64,000 nucleotides of DNA, from assembly GCA_965205025.1 (NCBI GenBank), contig CBDBFU010000029.1, positions 1 to 64,000 of the forward strand, in the 5' to 3' direction. The DNA is from Candidatus Poribacteria bacterium (GTDB lineage Bacteria > Poribacteria > WGA-4E > WGA-3G). Under the pieces are notes generated by a model. That model searched no databases, was not told the DNA's origin, and was given only the letters and a program-made list of their open reading frames with translations. Shown here piece by piece: positions 19,223 through 28,664 of this stretch (positions are counted from its first letter, which is position 1; each line of letters begins with the position of its first letter). The translations under genes and the position numbers were made by a program.

Positions 19223-20041
19223 TTACACAGCATCTAAGGATGGTGTATTGTCTTGACAGTATACAGGACGGAAAAGAGTTTGCCGTTTAAATGGCATCTC
19301 AGCAAGTTGTTGTGGGTTAGGTTCCCATTTATGCCATTTATTTCCAACGGTATTGTAGCAGTTAAAGATTGCCACACGGTCAACTTCTTCATCTGTCCAT
19401 TTTGCTCCAGTATGAGTAATAGCTTCTGTGAAAATTAGAACCGACCCTGCCGGACAACTGTAATCTTCCCATAATGGTGAATTTCTATCTTTAGTAGATT
19501 CAGGGGCAGGAAATGCTCCTTTATGACTTCCCGTCAGGAACATAGTTCCACCACCACCTTCCTTAACAGGATTGAGTTCCCAAACCACACGAGTTAATCC
19601 ACTATGAGCTTTGTCATGGTGTAGGTGGTAAGTATGCGAGTTGCCAGGAAAATTCAGCATACCCCTACCACCATGGGGTTGGAAGTTATCGTGTCCATTT
19701 CCTCGAATTGTCAGAAATGAACCTTCAAACCGAAAGCCATAACAGTTTTCATTGGCATATCCAGATGTCAGGAATTCATTCATGAATCCTAATACAACAG
19801 GATGATCCGTTAATTTTTCAAGTGGACCTCCAATAGAAGAACGGTGGTGTGAGGGAACTGATTCAGGATCTTTCTGTAACTGATAACAGAAATCCCGCAT
19901 TTCTTTGGTTTCTGTTTCAGTTAGTACACCTGGGAAACAGAGCCATCCGCGTGTATCAAAGAGAAAACGTTGCTCTTCGGACATTGGAATTGTAGGTAAG
20001 TTGTCAGCATTAGTTTCAGGATTTGGCATTAGTAGCTCCAA
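19223..20041 (-). CDS. Phytanoyl-CoA dioxygenase (PhyH) family protein
   Basis: FDTRGWL, GGTMFLTGSHK and AGSVLIFTEAITH motifs. Confidence 0.82.
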   Translation of the reverse strand: MELLMPNPETNADNLPTIPMSEEQRFLFDTRGWLCFPGVLTETETKEMRDFCYQLQKDPESVPSHHRSSIGGPLEKLTDHPVVLGFMNEFLTSGYANENCYGFRFEGSFLTIRGNGHDNFQPHGGRGMLNFPGNSHTYHLHHDKAHSGLTRVVWELNPVKEGGGGTMFLTGSHKGAFPAPESTKDRNSPLWEDYSCPAGSVLIFTEAITHTGAKWTDEEVDRVAIFNCYNTVGNKWHKWEPNPQQLAEMPFKRQTLFRPVYCQDNTPSLDAV

Positions 20042-20094
20042 TATAAAACTTAAATAGTGTGTTTATGAACATATTTTTCTTTAAATTGTAGAAT

Positions 20095-21264
20095 CTATCC
20101 TTTATTTTGTCCATATAACCGTTCAGTTTCAACTGTCAACCATGTTCCATAATCTCGTGGCATCTCCTCTGGAGATCCGAGATTATTATCGTTACGCCAT
20201 TGTATTAAGGGGTGTTCACGATTCGTTTGGGGGAGTTCCACCCGTTTACCATAAATAGCGGACTCAAATATACCCATAAGAATCTCCAGGACATGGCGTC
20301 CCTCTTCTCCATTGCATTCATGTTCTCTGTCTTCATCAAGTGCATCCACATATTCGTCAACCATACAGTAGTCATCTGCATCTACCCCACTGGTGTTGTC
20401 ATAATGTTCAGGATATATTGGGGTAAGTTTCTCCCATTTGTCATGTGTACCATCAGGTATATAGTGAGGTGTTGATAATAACCATGCCCCTTTCAATTCA
20501 GACCAAAACAATCTACCTTCGCTACCATAAAGTTCTAAAACATAAGCATCACTTTCAACTCTTGGAAACCTTTGTTGAATAAGTGTACCTGTAACATTAT
20601 TGTCAAATTGTAGTGAAGCAGTGACATATTCACCTGTGACAGTTCCCATTCCTGCGGGAGAAGGTAGTACATCCTCAGGTGTTAAATTACGTCCTCCTGC
20701 AGTAGCTTGCGTAACCAAACTTCTACAATGACCACCGAATCGGATCATATTATTGACAACATGTGTGCCTATGTTCATCAATCCGTATCCAGCATAATAA
20801 CCTTTTCCACAAGCATAAATATACCGTAGATCTCCGATTTTACCTTCGTCAAGTTCTTTTGCGACGGATTGCATTGTAGGACTAACACGGCGTTGATGAT
20901 GGACAACAACACGTGCATTCTTCTCTTTGGCTTTTGCCAGAACAGCATCAGCCTGAACTAAATCAGTACAAATTGGTTTCTCTACCTCTATATTTACACC
21001 ATGTTCAAGTACCTGCATACATAATGGATAGTGTAAGTCTGTCGCAGTAGGGATTGCTACAATATCAGGCTGTGTTTCTTGTATCATCTCATCAATATCA
21101 GTGAAATGAGTTGATACGTTTACAATTTTCCCGAGTTGCTCCATTCTCTCAGGAAGAAGATCACAGAGCGCGACTATTTCAGTTCTTGGATGTGCATGAT
21201 AGGCTTTTGCTGCTGCTGTTCCGCGACTACGGCATCCTAATATTCCAATGCGGTATGTTTTCAT
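20095..21264 (-). CDS. Gfo/Idh/MocA family oxidoreductase
   Basis: IGILGCRSRG, VEKP and GTH motifs. Confidence 0.9.
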   Translation of the reverse strand: MKTYRIGILGCRSRGTAAAKAYHAHPRTEIVALCDLLPERMEQLGKIVNVSTHFTDIDEMIQETQPDIVAIPTATDLHYPLCMQVLEHGVNIEVEKPICTDLVQADAVLAKAKEKNARVVVHHQRRVSPTMQSVAKELDEGKIGDLRYIYACGKGYYAGYGLMNIGTHVVNNMIRFGGHCRSLVTQATAGGRNLTPEDVLPSPAGMGTVTGEYVTASLQFDNNVTGTLIQQRFPRVESDAYVLELYGSEGRLFWSELKGAWLLSTPHYIPDGTHDKWEKLTPIYPEHYDNTSGVDADDYCMVDEYVDALDEDREHECNGEEGRHVLEILMGIFESAIYGKRVELPQTNREHPLIQWRNDNNLGSPEEMPRDYGTWLTVETERLYGQNKG

Positions 21265-21373
21265 AGGTTTTCCAATGCCCCTGAAAGAATGATTCCATTC
21301 AATAAATTCTGTAGTATGTATTATGGTTAATAATATCTAATTGATTTTGCTCTGTCAAGTTTTTTAGATTATA

Positions 21374-22586
21374 GGGTGTTTAAAATTGATACCACAAACG
21401 CTATTCATATTTCCAAAGTGAGATATAATACCCAATTATGTTAGATGTATGGTACCTGTGACTGGGAAAAGTGTTAATATTTATCGTTTTGAGATGATAG
21501 CACTTTCACGGAAACCTTCACGGAGCAATTTTACGAAGCCTTATTCTATAAGGGTTTATAATTTAAAGTAGACCAATTTTCCGTGAATCACATACGTTAA
21601 TTACACTATAACTTAATTGTGTGTTAAGTACTTATCTGTTTTTCATAGGAAGTGTATTGGGACATAGCACTCCGCTGGAGTGCAAGGTGTTGATATAACT
21701 TTTTCTATAGACATATCACCCCTCATGAAGTTAAAGAATTTATTCGGGTAATTTCCAGTTTCTTGTAGAATCCGTGCGGTTAGGAAACCGCACCTACCAG
21801 CTCTGGGTCCAAATTACCTATTTTATTTTTTTAACTTCATCTGGGGGTGAGGAAAGTATCTGAAAAACTGTGTTGTAACGATCAAATTCGTTGGTGGTAA
21901 TACCATTTCTATTTTGGTGGTAATACCATTTCTATTTATAACATATCTCATAAATCAGATATTTGGGATGCTTTGATCTTGCCATTTGCTATATATTGAA
22001 ACAACGGGCGGGGAGACCCCGGCCCTACGAAGATAAATTATATTGGCACGAACAATTCGTATTTATGGGATACACTGTATAATACAGACATTTAATCCTA
22101 AATATTCAGACAGTAGATCGTGTTGTTGTTGCATTTCTCTATGCATCGAAAAAATGAAAAAAGTTACACTTTTTGTCACACAGTGTGACATTGAAATTGG
22201 TGTAAATTACCCCTATAACCCCTGTCATAGACTGGCTTCACTCCACTTTGAATTGACTTTATAAGAAATTCGAAAAAATGTGATTTTGTGTTATTGTTGT
22301 GCTTCCTGATTTTGAGATTCCCAACGGTTAAAAAGGTATGCTTTTTTGACGTATATGAAACTTTGTAATTAGGATCGATTTTATAGATAGTCATTAGTTT
22401 ATAGTTATTGATTTTTAGTTTGTGTTCTAACCCTTAATTTTCTTCTTATTTTGATAAATACTATTAAAACGTATTTGTGTTTTTGTGATTTATGTATTTA
22501 GTTGTTAGAGATGGGTGTTTTCTTCATTTTTTTATATTTGATTGGTTTCATTTTCTTCTTGTTAATGCCATATACTTTATACACCC
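21374..22586. mobile_element. Second degenerate copy of the 629..1780 element family, carrying inserted REP/MITE units
   Basis: Shares AAAGTTACACTTTTTGTCACAnnGTGTGACATTGA (22160-22194 vs 775-809) and the right end TTAATGCCA...TACACCC. The left end GGGTGTTTAAAA is weaker. Confidence 0.42.
21725..21840. mobile_element. ATGAAG-type MITE inserted in hairpin TCACCCCTC|CTGGGGGTGA
   Basis: TIR ATGAAGTTAAA/TTTAACTTCAT; internal GTGCGGTTAGGAAACCGCACCTAC REP. Confidence 0.78.
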
Positions 22587-22731
22587 GTTGTTATGTATGT
22601 CTTGAAGTCCTTCACAAACTGGAAGTTTATGCTACATTATGTTTTCTATAGACATAGCACTCCGCTGGAGTGCGCGCTCTACCTGTATCGGTTTTCTATA
22701 GACATTTCACACCGCTGGTGTGAAGAACTCT

Positions 22732-23048
22732 AACGATCACAAGGAAGCTAATAAACATCAGCATTCCAGCTATCCTATGGATGAAGATTAATTTTTAAAA
22801 TCGGCAATTTTGGAGAAAGATCCCGTGCGGTTAGGAAACCGCACCTACCGGGTTTTGGGAAAATTAGAATTACCAAAATATTTTCTTAAACTTCATTCAT
22901 AGGATACTATTTAGATGAAACATTAAAAATACTTCTGCCAAAACCTGATCTTATTGTTATTGAGCAAATCACACAGCATCTCGTTTCTATCGGTGCTATT
23001 CGTCACACACAATTAGAACTAAATCCATGATAATTGGCGAAGGTATTG
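22732..23048 (+). pseudogene. 3' remnant of an IS (IS4-like) transposase with right terminal repeat
   Basis: Removing the MITE restores ...HSSYPMVIGYYLDETLKILLPKPDLIVIEQITQHLVSIGAIRHTQLELNP**, followed by TTGGCGAAGGTATTG, matching the TIR of the 51703..51758 mini-element. The family assignment is from memory of similar C-termini. Confidence 0.5.
22781..22896. mobile_element. ATGAAG-type MITE inserted in palindrome ATCCTATGG|TCATAGGAT
   Basis: Near-identical to 17387-17501 and 40441-40555. Confidence 0.8.
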
Positions 23049-23064
23049 ATACTATAAAATATAT

Positions 23065-23339
23065 TTTTTACGATTTTGCACCTTTTGGGGTATAAAACAT
23101 GTGTCTTTAATTATAAAGGGTGTCATATTAATATTTTGTTAAAAGTGCAAATTACGAAGGTAGATTATATGTGATAGAGAATTTGAGAGCAAACGTTCTC
23201 GTCTTAAGTATCATTTCGTGTCTACAAATGGAAAGGTATGGTAATCACTGAAGAGGAATCATCACGACTGAGAATTTACATTTTTTTTACGATTTTGCAC
23301 CTTTTGAAGTATAAAACATGGGTCATTTAATTATAGAGG
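23065..23339 (+). repeat. Two ~55-bp imperfect direct repeats upstream of the island
   Basis: TTTTTTACGATTTTGCACCTTTTG..GTATAAAACATG.GTC..TTAATTATA.AGG at about 23065-23119 and 23283-23339. Confidence 0.7.
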
Positions 23340-23593
23340 CAGGTAATATTTTTTGTTGGAATATATATGTCAAGCGTTGCTAAGTATTTAGGATGTTAGA
23401 ATCTCTATGATTAAGGCAACACATTGACGCACATATATGGAGACACCGCCGCTATAGGGCAAAGTTATGGTTATACATAAATGTACCCAGTGGTGTCAAT
23501 AAAGTCTCCAATCAGATAGATATAGTTAAATCATATCTATCTGGAACAACATCTTCGCTAATTATCTGAATTTTAATTGTTCTACTTAGCAGT

Positions 23594-25237
23594 ATGATGA
23601 ACATAGGTAAATATCTAATAACCTTTACATATCTTATTACATTTTTACTTGTATCAGTAAAGCCTGCAACAGCATTAACCATTTTCTATTCTGGTGAAGA
23701 ATATGGAAAACTTGGTTTGCATGGGTGTGGTAGCGAGCAAGTTGGCGGATTAGCACATAGACATACACTTATATCAGAGTTACGTACAGATTTTGATGCA
23801 GTCTTGAATCTGCATACAGGTAATTTCATAGATGCCACAGATGAAAATGCGGAGTGGATTTATCAGATAGGTCTTACCGCGTTAGATCCGATGGATATTG
23901 ATGTATTTTGTCTTGGTCCTCAAGAGTTATCTTTCAGTTCAGAAACACTTGCTGCACTACACGTTAATTATCCAGATATTGTTTTTACTTGTGCAAATGC
24001 AAAACAGAGTGTTGGGAATCGCTATTTGATTCATAAAGTGAATTCAATCAACGTCGCAGTCGTCGGTTTAATATCTCAAACCTATATCAAAGAACTACCA
24101 AACCTTGAACTGACACAACCCCATACGACTTTGACTGAATTGAAAGCGGAACTTGACACCAAAAGTGAAGTTGTGGTTGTTGTGTTTCATGCTACACAAG
24201 ATGAAGCACAAACTTTAGTTGATGCGATGCCATGGATAGACATTCTGATTGTTGTAAACAGTGAACAATCGACATCTTTGAGTTATGAACGATTGCCTGA
24301 TGATAAGGAACTGGCAATTGTAGTTAATGCCACAGAAGGTGCTGCTGTTGGCGCATTAACGGTGGAAATTGATAAAAACGGACAAGCACAAGCAGTTGAA
24401 AACCGATACTATAACGTCTCTGAGAAAATAACACCTAACACAAACATTTCACATCTTTTAGAGGCTTATGAGACGTTGACAACATCTGAATCCTTTGACA
24501 CCGTTGATCATCAAGAATCTGATAATTCAATACATATTGTCTATTTCCACAAACAGGGCTGCCATAAGTGTGCTCGTGCTGTGAAGATACTCAAAAGATT
24601 AAAAGATAAGTATCCGCAGATTGTTGTTGACCAACGCAACCCTAAAACAGAACAGACACTTTTTGAAGCGATGGGTACACTTTACGATGTACCTAAAATT
24701 AAACGGCTTACTACACCCGCTGTTTTTATCGGAGATGCGGCTTTTATAGGGGATTTGGATGAATATGGACTTGAGACTGTTATCCAAAAGTATCTTACAA
24801 TGGGTGTAACTTCTCGAATAAAGGAGGCAGAAACATATAAGGATACTGCTGAAACCGAGATTGTTAACAGGTTTCACGGATTCGGTATTTTGACAGTTGC
24901 GGGTGCCGGTTTGCTGGATGGGATTAACCCGTGTGCATTTGCTACGATTGTGTTTTTCATCTCTTATATGAATCTGGTCGGACGTGGACGCAAAGAGATG
25001 TTGATTGCTGGAGGTGCATTTGCATTTGCGGTGTTTGGTACGTATTTGCTTTTGGGATTAGGTACGCTTTCGTTTATGAACTACATCAACCAATTTTCTG
25101 GCATCGCGAAATGTATCTATCTGTTAGCTGCTACTGCTACATTTGCATTGGCAGGACTCAGTTTATATGACGCTGTTAAGGCAAAGCAAGGTAAAACGAA
25201 AGACATTTTGTTGCAACTACCTCGCGCGCTGAAACAA
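23594..25237 (+). CDS. Multidomain exported protein: 5'-nucleotidase/metallophosphoesterase-like + thioredoxin CxxC + truncated DsbD/CcdA-like TM domain (fused in frame to the following peptide)
   Basis: GCGSEQVGGLAHR, GCHKC and AGLLDGINPCAF motifs. The TM domain stops at LQLPRAL, before the second conserved Cys helix expected in CcdA-type domains. Confidence 0.65.
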
Positions 25238-25630
25238 ATGTTTACGCGGACCATAATTTTCTGTTTACTCGCGGTGTTCTTTTCTGTAAGTAACATGTTG
25301 TATACCGATGCATGGGAGATGGCAGAGGCAGACAAACGGTGTAAAGAAGAGCGGCATGCAAGATGGGATCCTCACGCTTGTGGTGCTTTTGGAGTGGACA
25401 ATTGTGAAGGTAATGAGGTTGAATTCAAGGCGGATCCCGGCCCCTGTATCGGTAATTACGAAGGGTGGGAATGCGACCAGAATGGTCCGACAGAAGAATA
25501 TTCTGTTGGAAAAATAAAATGTAATTTGATAACGCCTAAACATCCAAAGAAACCATTTTGTAAGGGTTATGACAGAGATCTTCCAGACCTTAAAGATGTT
25601 CCGGCATGCAGGGATAGGAAAAAGTCCTAA
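25238..25630 (+). CDS. Secreted cysteine-rich small protein (8 Cys in mature part), in frame with the upstream ORF
   Basis: MFTRTIIFCLLAVFFSVSNMLYTDA is a Sec-like signal, followed by about 105 hydrophilic residues with 8 Cys. A hairpin follows the stop codon. Confidence 0.65.
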   Translation: MFTRTIIFCLLAVFFSVSNMLYTDAWEMAEADKRCKEERHARWDPHACGAFGVDNCEGNEVEFKADPGPCIGNYEGWECDQNGPTEEYSVGKIKCNLITPKHPKKPFCKGYDRDLPDLKDVPACRDRKKS

Positions 25631-25664
25631 TTCGCTTCTTGTCCCGCAGGGATCAATACTAATT

Positions 25665-25709
25665 GGGCAGAGACATCGGACTTTCTTGTTGCGCAGTCCT
25701 CTGCCCTTT
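25665..25709 (+). terminator. Hairpin after the Cys-rich peptide gene
   Basis: GGGCAGAG...CTCTGCCC-TTT. Confidence 0.45.
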
Positions 25710-25729
25710 CCTTCAATAAGTGATTTAAA

Positions 25730-26821
25730 ATGAAGCCAGTTTGTATTCTATTTTTTTTCATGTTGCTTTTACTGACAAGCATTCAAACCGGAGGTGGACA
25801 AATGGATACCGAAACGCTTATTCAGTTCTTGAATTTTTCTCAAACGCTCATTCAGGATGGAGAACTCAAATTGATGATGTATAATAGGTTTCCTACTCCT
25901 CCGGAAGAAGTTGGAGCGGAAAGCCGCAAATTGGTGGCCGGGTTTGAACGCGAGCTCCGCGATCTTCCTCCTGACGCACCTAATTTTGATATGCGCCGAA
26001 ACAGAATTATTAAATATATTGAAGAAGAAAAGAAGTACGGTGGTTCACGGGATGCAGACTATAATTATCAGTTCTCGGAGTTGAACCTTACGTTTCAGTT
26101 GCATCTTGATTCTGGAAGAGTAGATTACAGACTTGAACGTATTCTTCCACTTGAACACTTCCCATCACTTGCGTTGAAACGCTTCCGTGGTGCTGGTGGG
26201 CAGTACTTTTTTTTCTCAAATAGGTTTCAGTCTCTTAAGATACGGCCCCCTAATCCTTTCAAGAATATTAGAAGCATGGCAACTATTTCTAAGTTAATTA
26301 AACAAGATAAGGACTGGGATATGGATTTTCAATATGCTGTAGTTAACGATGCTACTACATTTCCGCCCGTGTACTTGATAGATATTAATGAAGCACAAGT
26401 CTCACAGTATGAAGTCAATGGCGAAGATGTCACCACCATTACTCATGTCTTGCCCCCATCTGGTGACGCGGCAGTGAAGATTGTAGTTTATATCCGCTTT
26501 GTCTCAGGGATACCACAGATATTCCGAGAGGAGTTCTACTATCAGAGCCAGTCTCCTCGGATGGATAAAGATGGTTTTTGGTTACGAGTTGTTTATGACT
26601 ACAGGGACTTTGAAATAGTTGGAAATTTAAATATCGCTATCCCAAAAGTAAAGGAAACGAAAGAGTACCGCAATGTTGATGGGTTCGTGCGTTTTCATTC
26701 TGTTCTCACAATAAAAGAGATGAACTTCAATGTGGGATTCCCCGCTAACTTTTTTGATTGGGATGAGAAAGAACTCACAAATGATAATGGAGAAAGCGCA
26801 AACATTCGTGAGTTGAAATAA
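25730..26821 (+). CDS. Exported hypothetical protein, LolA-like C-terminal signature
   Basis: Signal peptide; ends ...YRDFEIVGNLNIAIPK...TIKEMNFNVGFPANFFDW. Confidence 0.6.
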   Translation: MKPVCILFFFMLLLLTSIQTGGGQMDTETLIQFLNFSQTLIQDGELKLMMYNRFPTPPEEVGAESRKLVAGFERELRDLPPDAPNFDMRRNRIIKYIEEEKKYGGSRDADYNYQFSELNLTFQLHLDSGRVDYRLERILPLEHFPSLALKRFRGAGGQYFFFSNRFQSLKIRPPNPFKNIRSMATISKLIKQDKDWDMDFQYAVVNDATTFPPVYLIDINEAQVSQYEVNGEDVTTITHVLPPSGDAAVKIVVYIRFVSGIPQIFREEFYYQSQSPRMDKDGFWLRVVYDYRDFEIVGNLNIAIPKVKETKEYRNVDGFVRFHSVLTIKEMNFNVGFPANFFDWDEKELTNDNGESANIRELK

Positions 26822-26833
26822 GTTCAGGAAATA

Positions 26834-27862
26834 ATGGAAAAAATGAATTATTATTTCGCGTTTCTAATGCTAATATTTTGCAGTAGTATATATTTGTTAC
26901 AGGGCTGCACATCTGATCGCGCCTCAAAAGTTGTGTTTTCAAAAGAAACACATAATTTCTCAGAACCTTTCATTGTCGGTTCAGAGATTGTCACCACCTT
27001 TTCTTTCACCAACGAAGGCAACGCGTCATTGCACATTCAAAAGATAGATTCGGATTGTGGATGTGTTGCTACAAATACCTCTTCGGATAAGATTGCGTCG
27101 GGTGGCAAAGGGAAAATTCGTGTTGCTGTTGAACGGGATGTTGGTAGGTTCAGTCAAAACGTATTTGTTTCTACCAATGATCCTACTACACCGATGGTAC
27201 GGTTAGAGGTTTCAGGTGTAATTGTGCCGCCTGTGGCATATCCCAAGAAAATCGAAATCGGAAAACTTGAAAAAGGAACACGTGTCTCTAAAAAGATTAC
27301 GTTTACAAATAACTTGGAAAACGCAGTTGAGATAACCGGACACACGGTGAGCAACAAAAACATAGTTGTCAAGCTACCTAAGAAAAGCATCCCAGCAGGT
27401 GAGAGTATTGAATGTGAAGCAGTCTTAACACTGAACAATGTAGGTTTATATAGCGAGTCAATAACGATTACTGCACAAGCACAGGAAGTACTCCCTGGCA
27501 CCGATTCTAAGGAATTGGAGATGTCCATTCAATTTCAGGGACGTGTGTTAGGTGGGATTGTCGTGTTACCGCAGAACCTGTTCCTGGGTGTACTGGATGG
27601 CTCAGGCAAGAGTCTGCAGAAGCAGGTTCAAATTAAGACAGATGGCAGGCGTCCCTTCGTTTTGAAAAAAGTAACCGCCGATAACTTTTCAGTGGCAGCG
27701 TCCCTTGCGAAGGAACCGCAAACAGCGCATGAGGTTGAACTTTCTATCACACCAAAGACTGACACTACATCATCAGGACTTGTTGAAGGCGAGATCCAAA
27801 TATTCACAACCCATCCGGATGTACCTGAGATTACCATCCCCGTTAAGGCAGTAACCCCATGA
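26834..27862 (+). CDS. DUF1573 domain lipoprotein (tandem Ig-like domains)
   Basis: Lipobox LQG-C; FSFTNEG..LHI...SDCGCV motif; TNDP; three repeated beta-sandwich units. Confidence 0.85.
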   Translation: MEKMNYYFAFLMLIFCSSIYLLQGCTSDRASKVVFSKETHNFSEPFIVGSEIVTTFSFTNEGNASLHIQKIDSDCGCVATNTSSDKIASGGKGKIRVAVERDVGRFSQNVFVSTNDPTTPMVRLEVSGVIVPPVAYPKKIEIGKLEKGTRVSKKITFTNNLENAVEITGHTVSNKNIVVKLPKKSIPAGESIECEAVLTLNNVGLYSESITITAQAQEVLPGTDSKELEMSIQFQGRVLGGIVVLPQNLFLGVLDGSGKSLQKQVQIKTDGRRPFVLKKVTADNFSVAASLAKEPQTAHEVELSITPKTDTTSSGLVEGEIQIFTTHPDVPEITIPVKAVTP

Positions 27863-28656
27863 AAAATATCTTGTGGATACTATTTTTAATATTCGGCATA
27901 ATCATGGCTTGTGAACTCCCTGGACCACAACAAGATGAACCGAACAAGGAGCAACAGATGGCACAAACTGAGATGATAAAAATAGAAGGTGGCACGGTAG
28001 ACCCTTTTGGTACTGGAGAAACAGTGAATGTACCCTCATTCTACCTTGACAAACACCTTGTCACATATCAAGAGTATAATCAGTTTATTGAGGATGGAGG
28101 TTACAAAAAGAAAAAGTATTGGTCAGAAGAAGGACGCAAATTTCTTGAAAAATACGAGTTTTGGGTGCCATCTACGTATCATGAGGACTATCTAAATCGT
28201 AAAAATTTACCTGTGACTGGAATAAGTTGGTATGAAGCTGAGGCTTATGCGAATTGGCGAGGGGCACGGTTACCTACTACTGCGGAGTGGACACTCGCCT
28301 GCCAAGGCGCCACGAAGCAGCGTTACCCATGGGGAAATGAATTTGATTTTGAAGCAATTGATTATCGCGCACGTTTAGCTCCCTATGCTGTTGGAACCCG
28401 CGAAAAGAACGTCAGTCCTGTAGGGGTATATGACCTTGTTGGGAATGTGTGGCAATGGTGTTCGGATGCTTATGAGGGTAAGGATTTTCGTCTGGAAGCA
28501 GAACCGACCGGCACAAAACCGGGACCGTTGAAAATCCTGCGTGGTGGTGCATGGATGTCTCTTCGAAGACACTTTGAATCGGATTATCTCTATTACGATA
28601 AACCTTTTCACAGACTCGCAACGTACGGGTTCCGATGTGCAAAGGATGTTGAATAG
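27859..28656 (+). CDS. Formylglycine-generating enzyme (SUMF1/FGE-sulfatase) family lipoprotein
   Basis: PVTGISWYEAEAYANW, RLPTTAEW, YPWG, YDLVGNVWQW, RGGAW and GFRC motifs. Confidence 0.9.
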   Translation: MKNILWILFLIFGIIMACELPGPQQDEPNKEQQMAQTEMIKIEGGTVDPFGTGETVNVPSFYLDKHLVTYQEYNQFIEDGGYKKKKYWSEEGRKFLEKYEFWVPSTYHEDYLNRKNLPVTGISWYEAEAYANWRGARLPTTAEWTLACQGATKQRYPWGNEFDFEAIDYRARLAPYAVGTREKNVSPVGVYDLVGNVWQWCSDAYEGKDFRLEAEPTGTKPGPLKILRGGAWMSLRRHFESDYLYYDKPFHRLATYGFRCAKDVE

Positions 28657-28664
28657 GTAGTTAT

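Noticed and set aside
21892-21938. Tandem duplication TTGGTGGTAATACCATTTCTATTT
   Set aside because: A duplicated MITE left end, or a local assembly stutter; no independent meaning is evident.
27859-28656. DGR target or true sulfatase-maturation FGE
   Set aside because: No reverse transcriptase or template repeat in the window, no adjacent sulfatase, and the catalytic Cys pair of true FGE is not evident.
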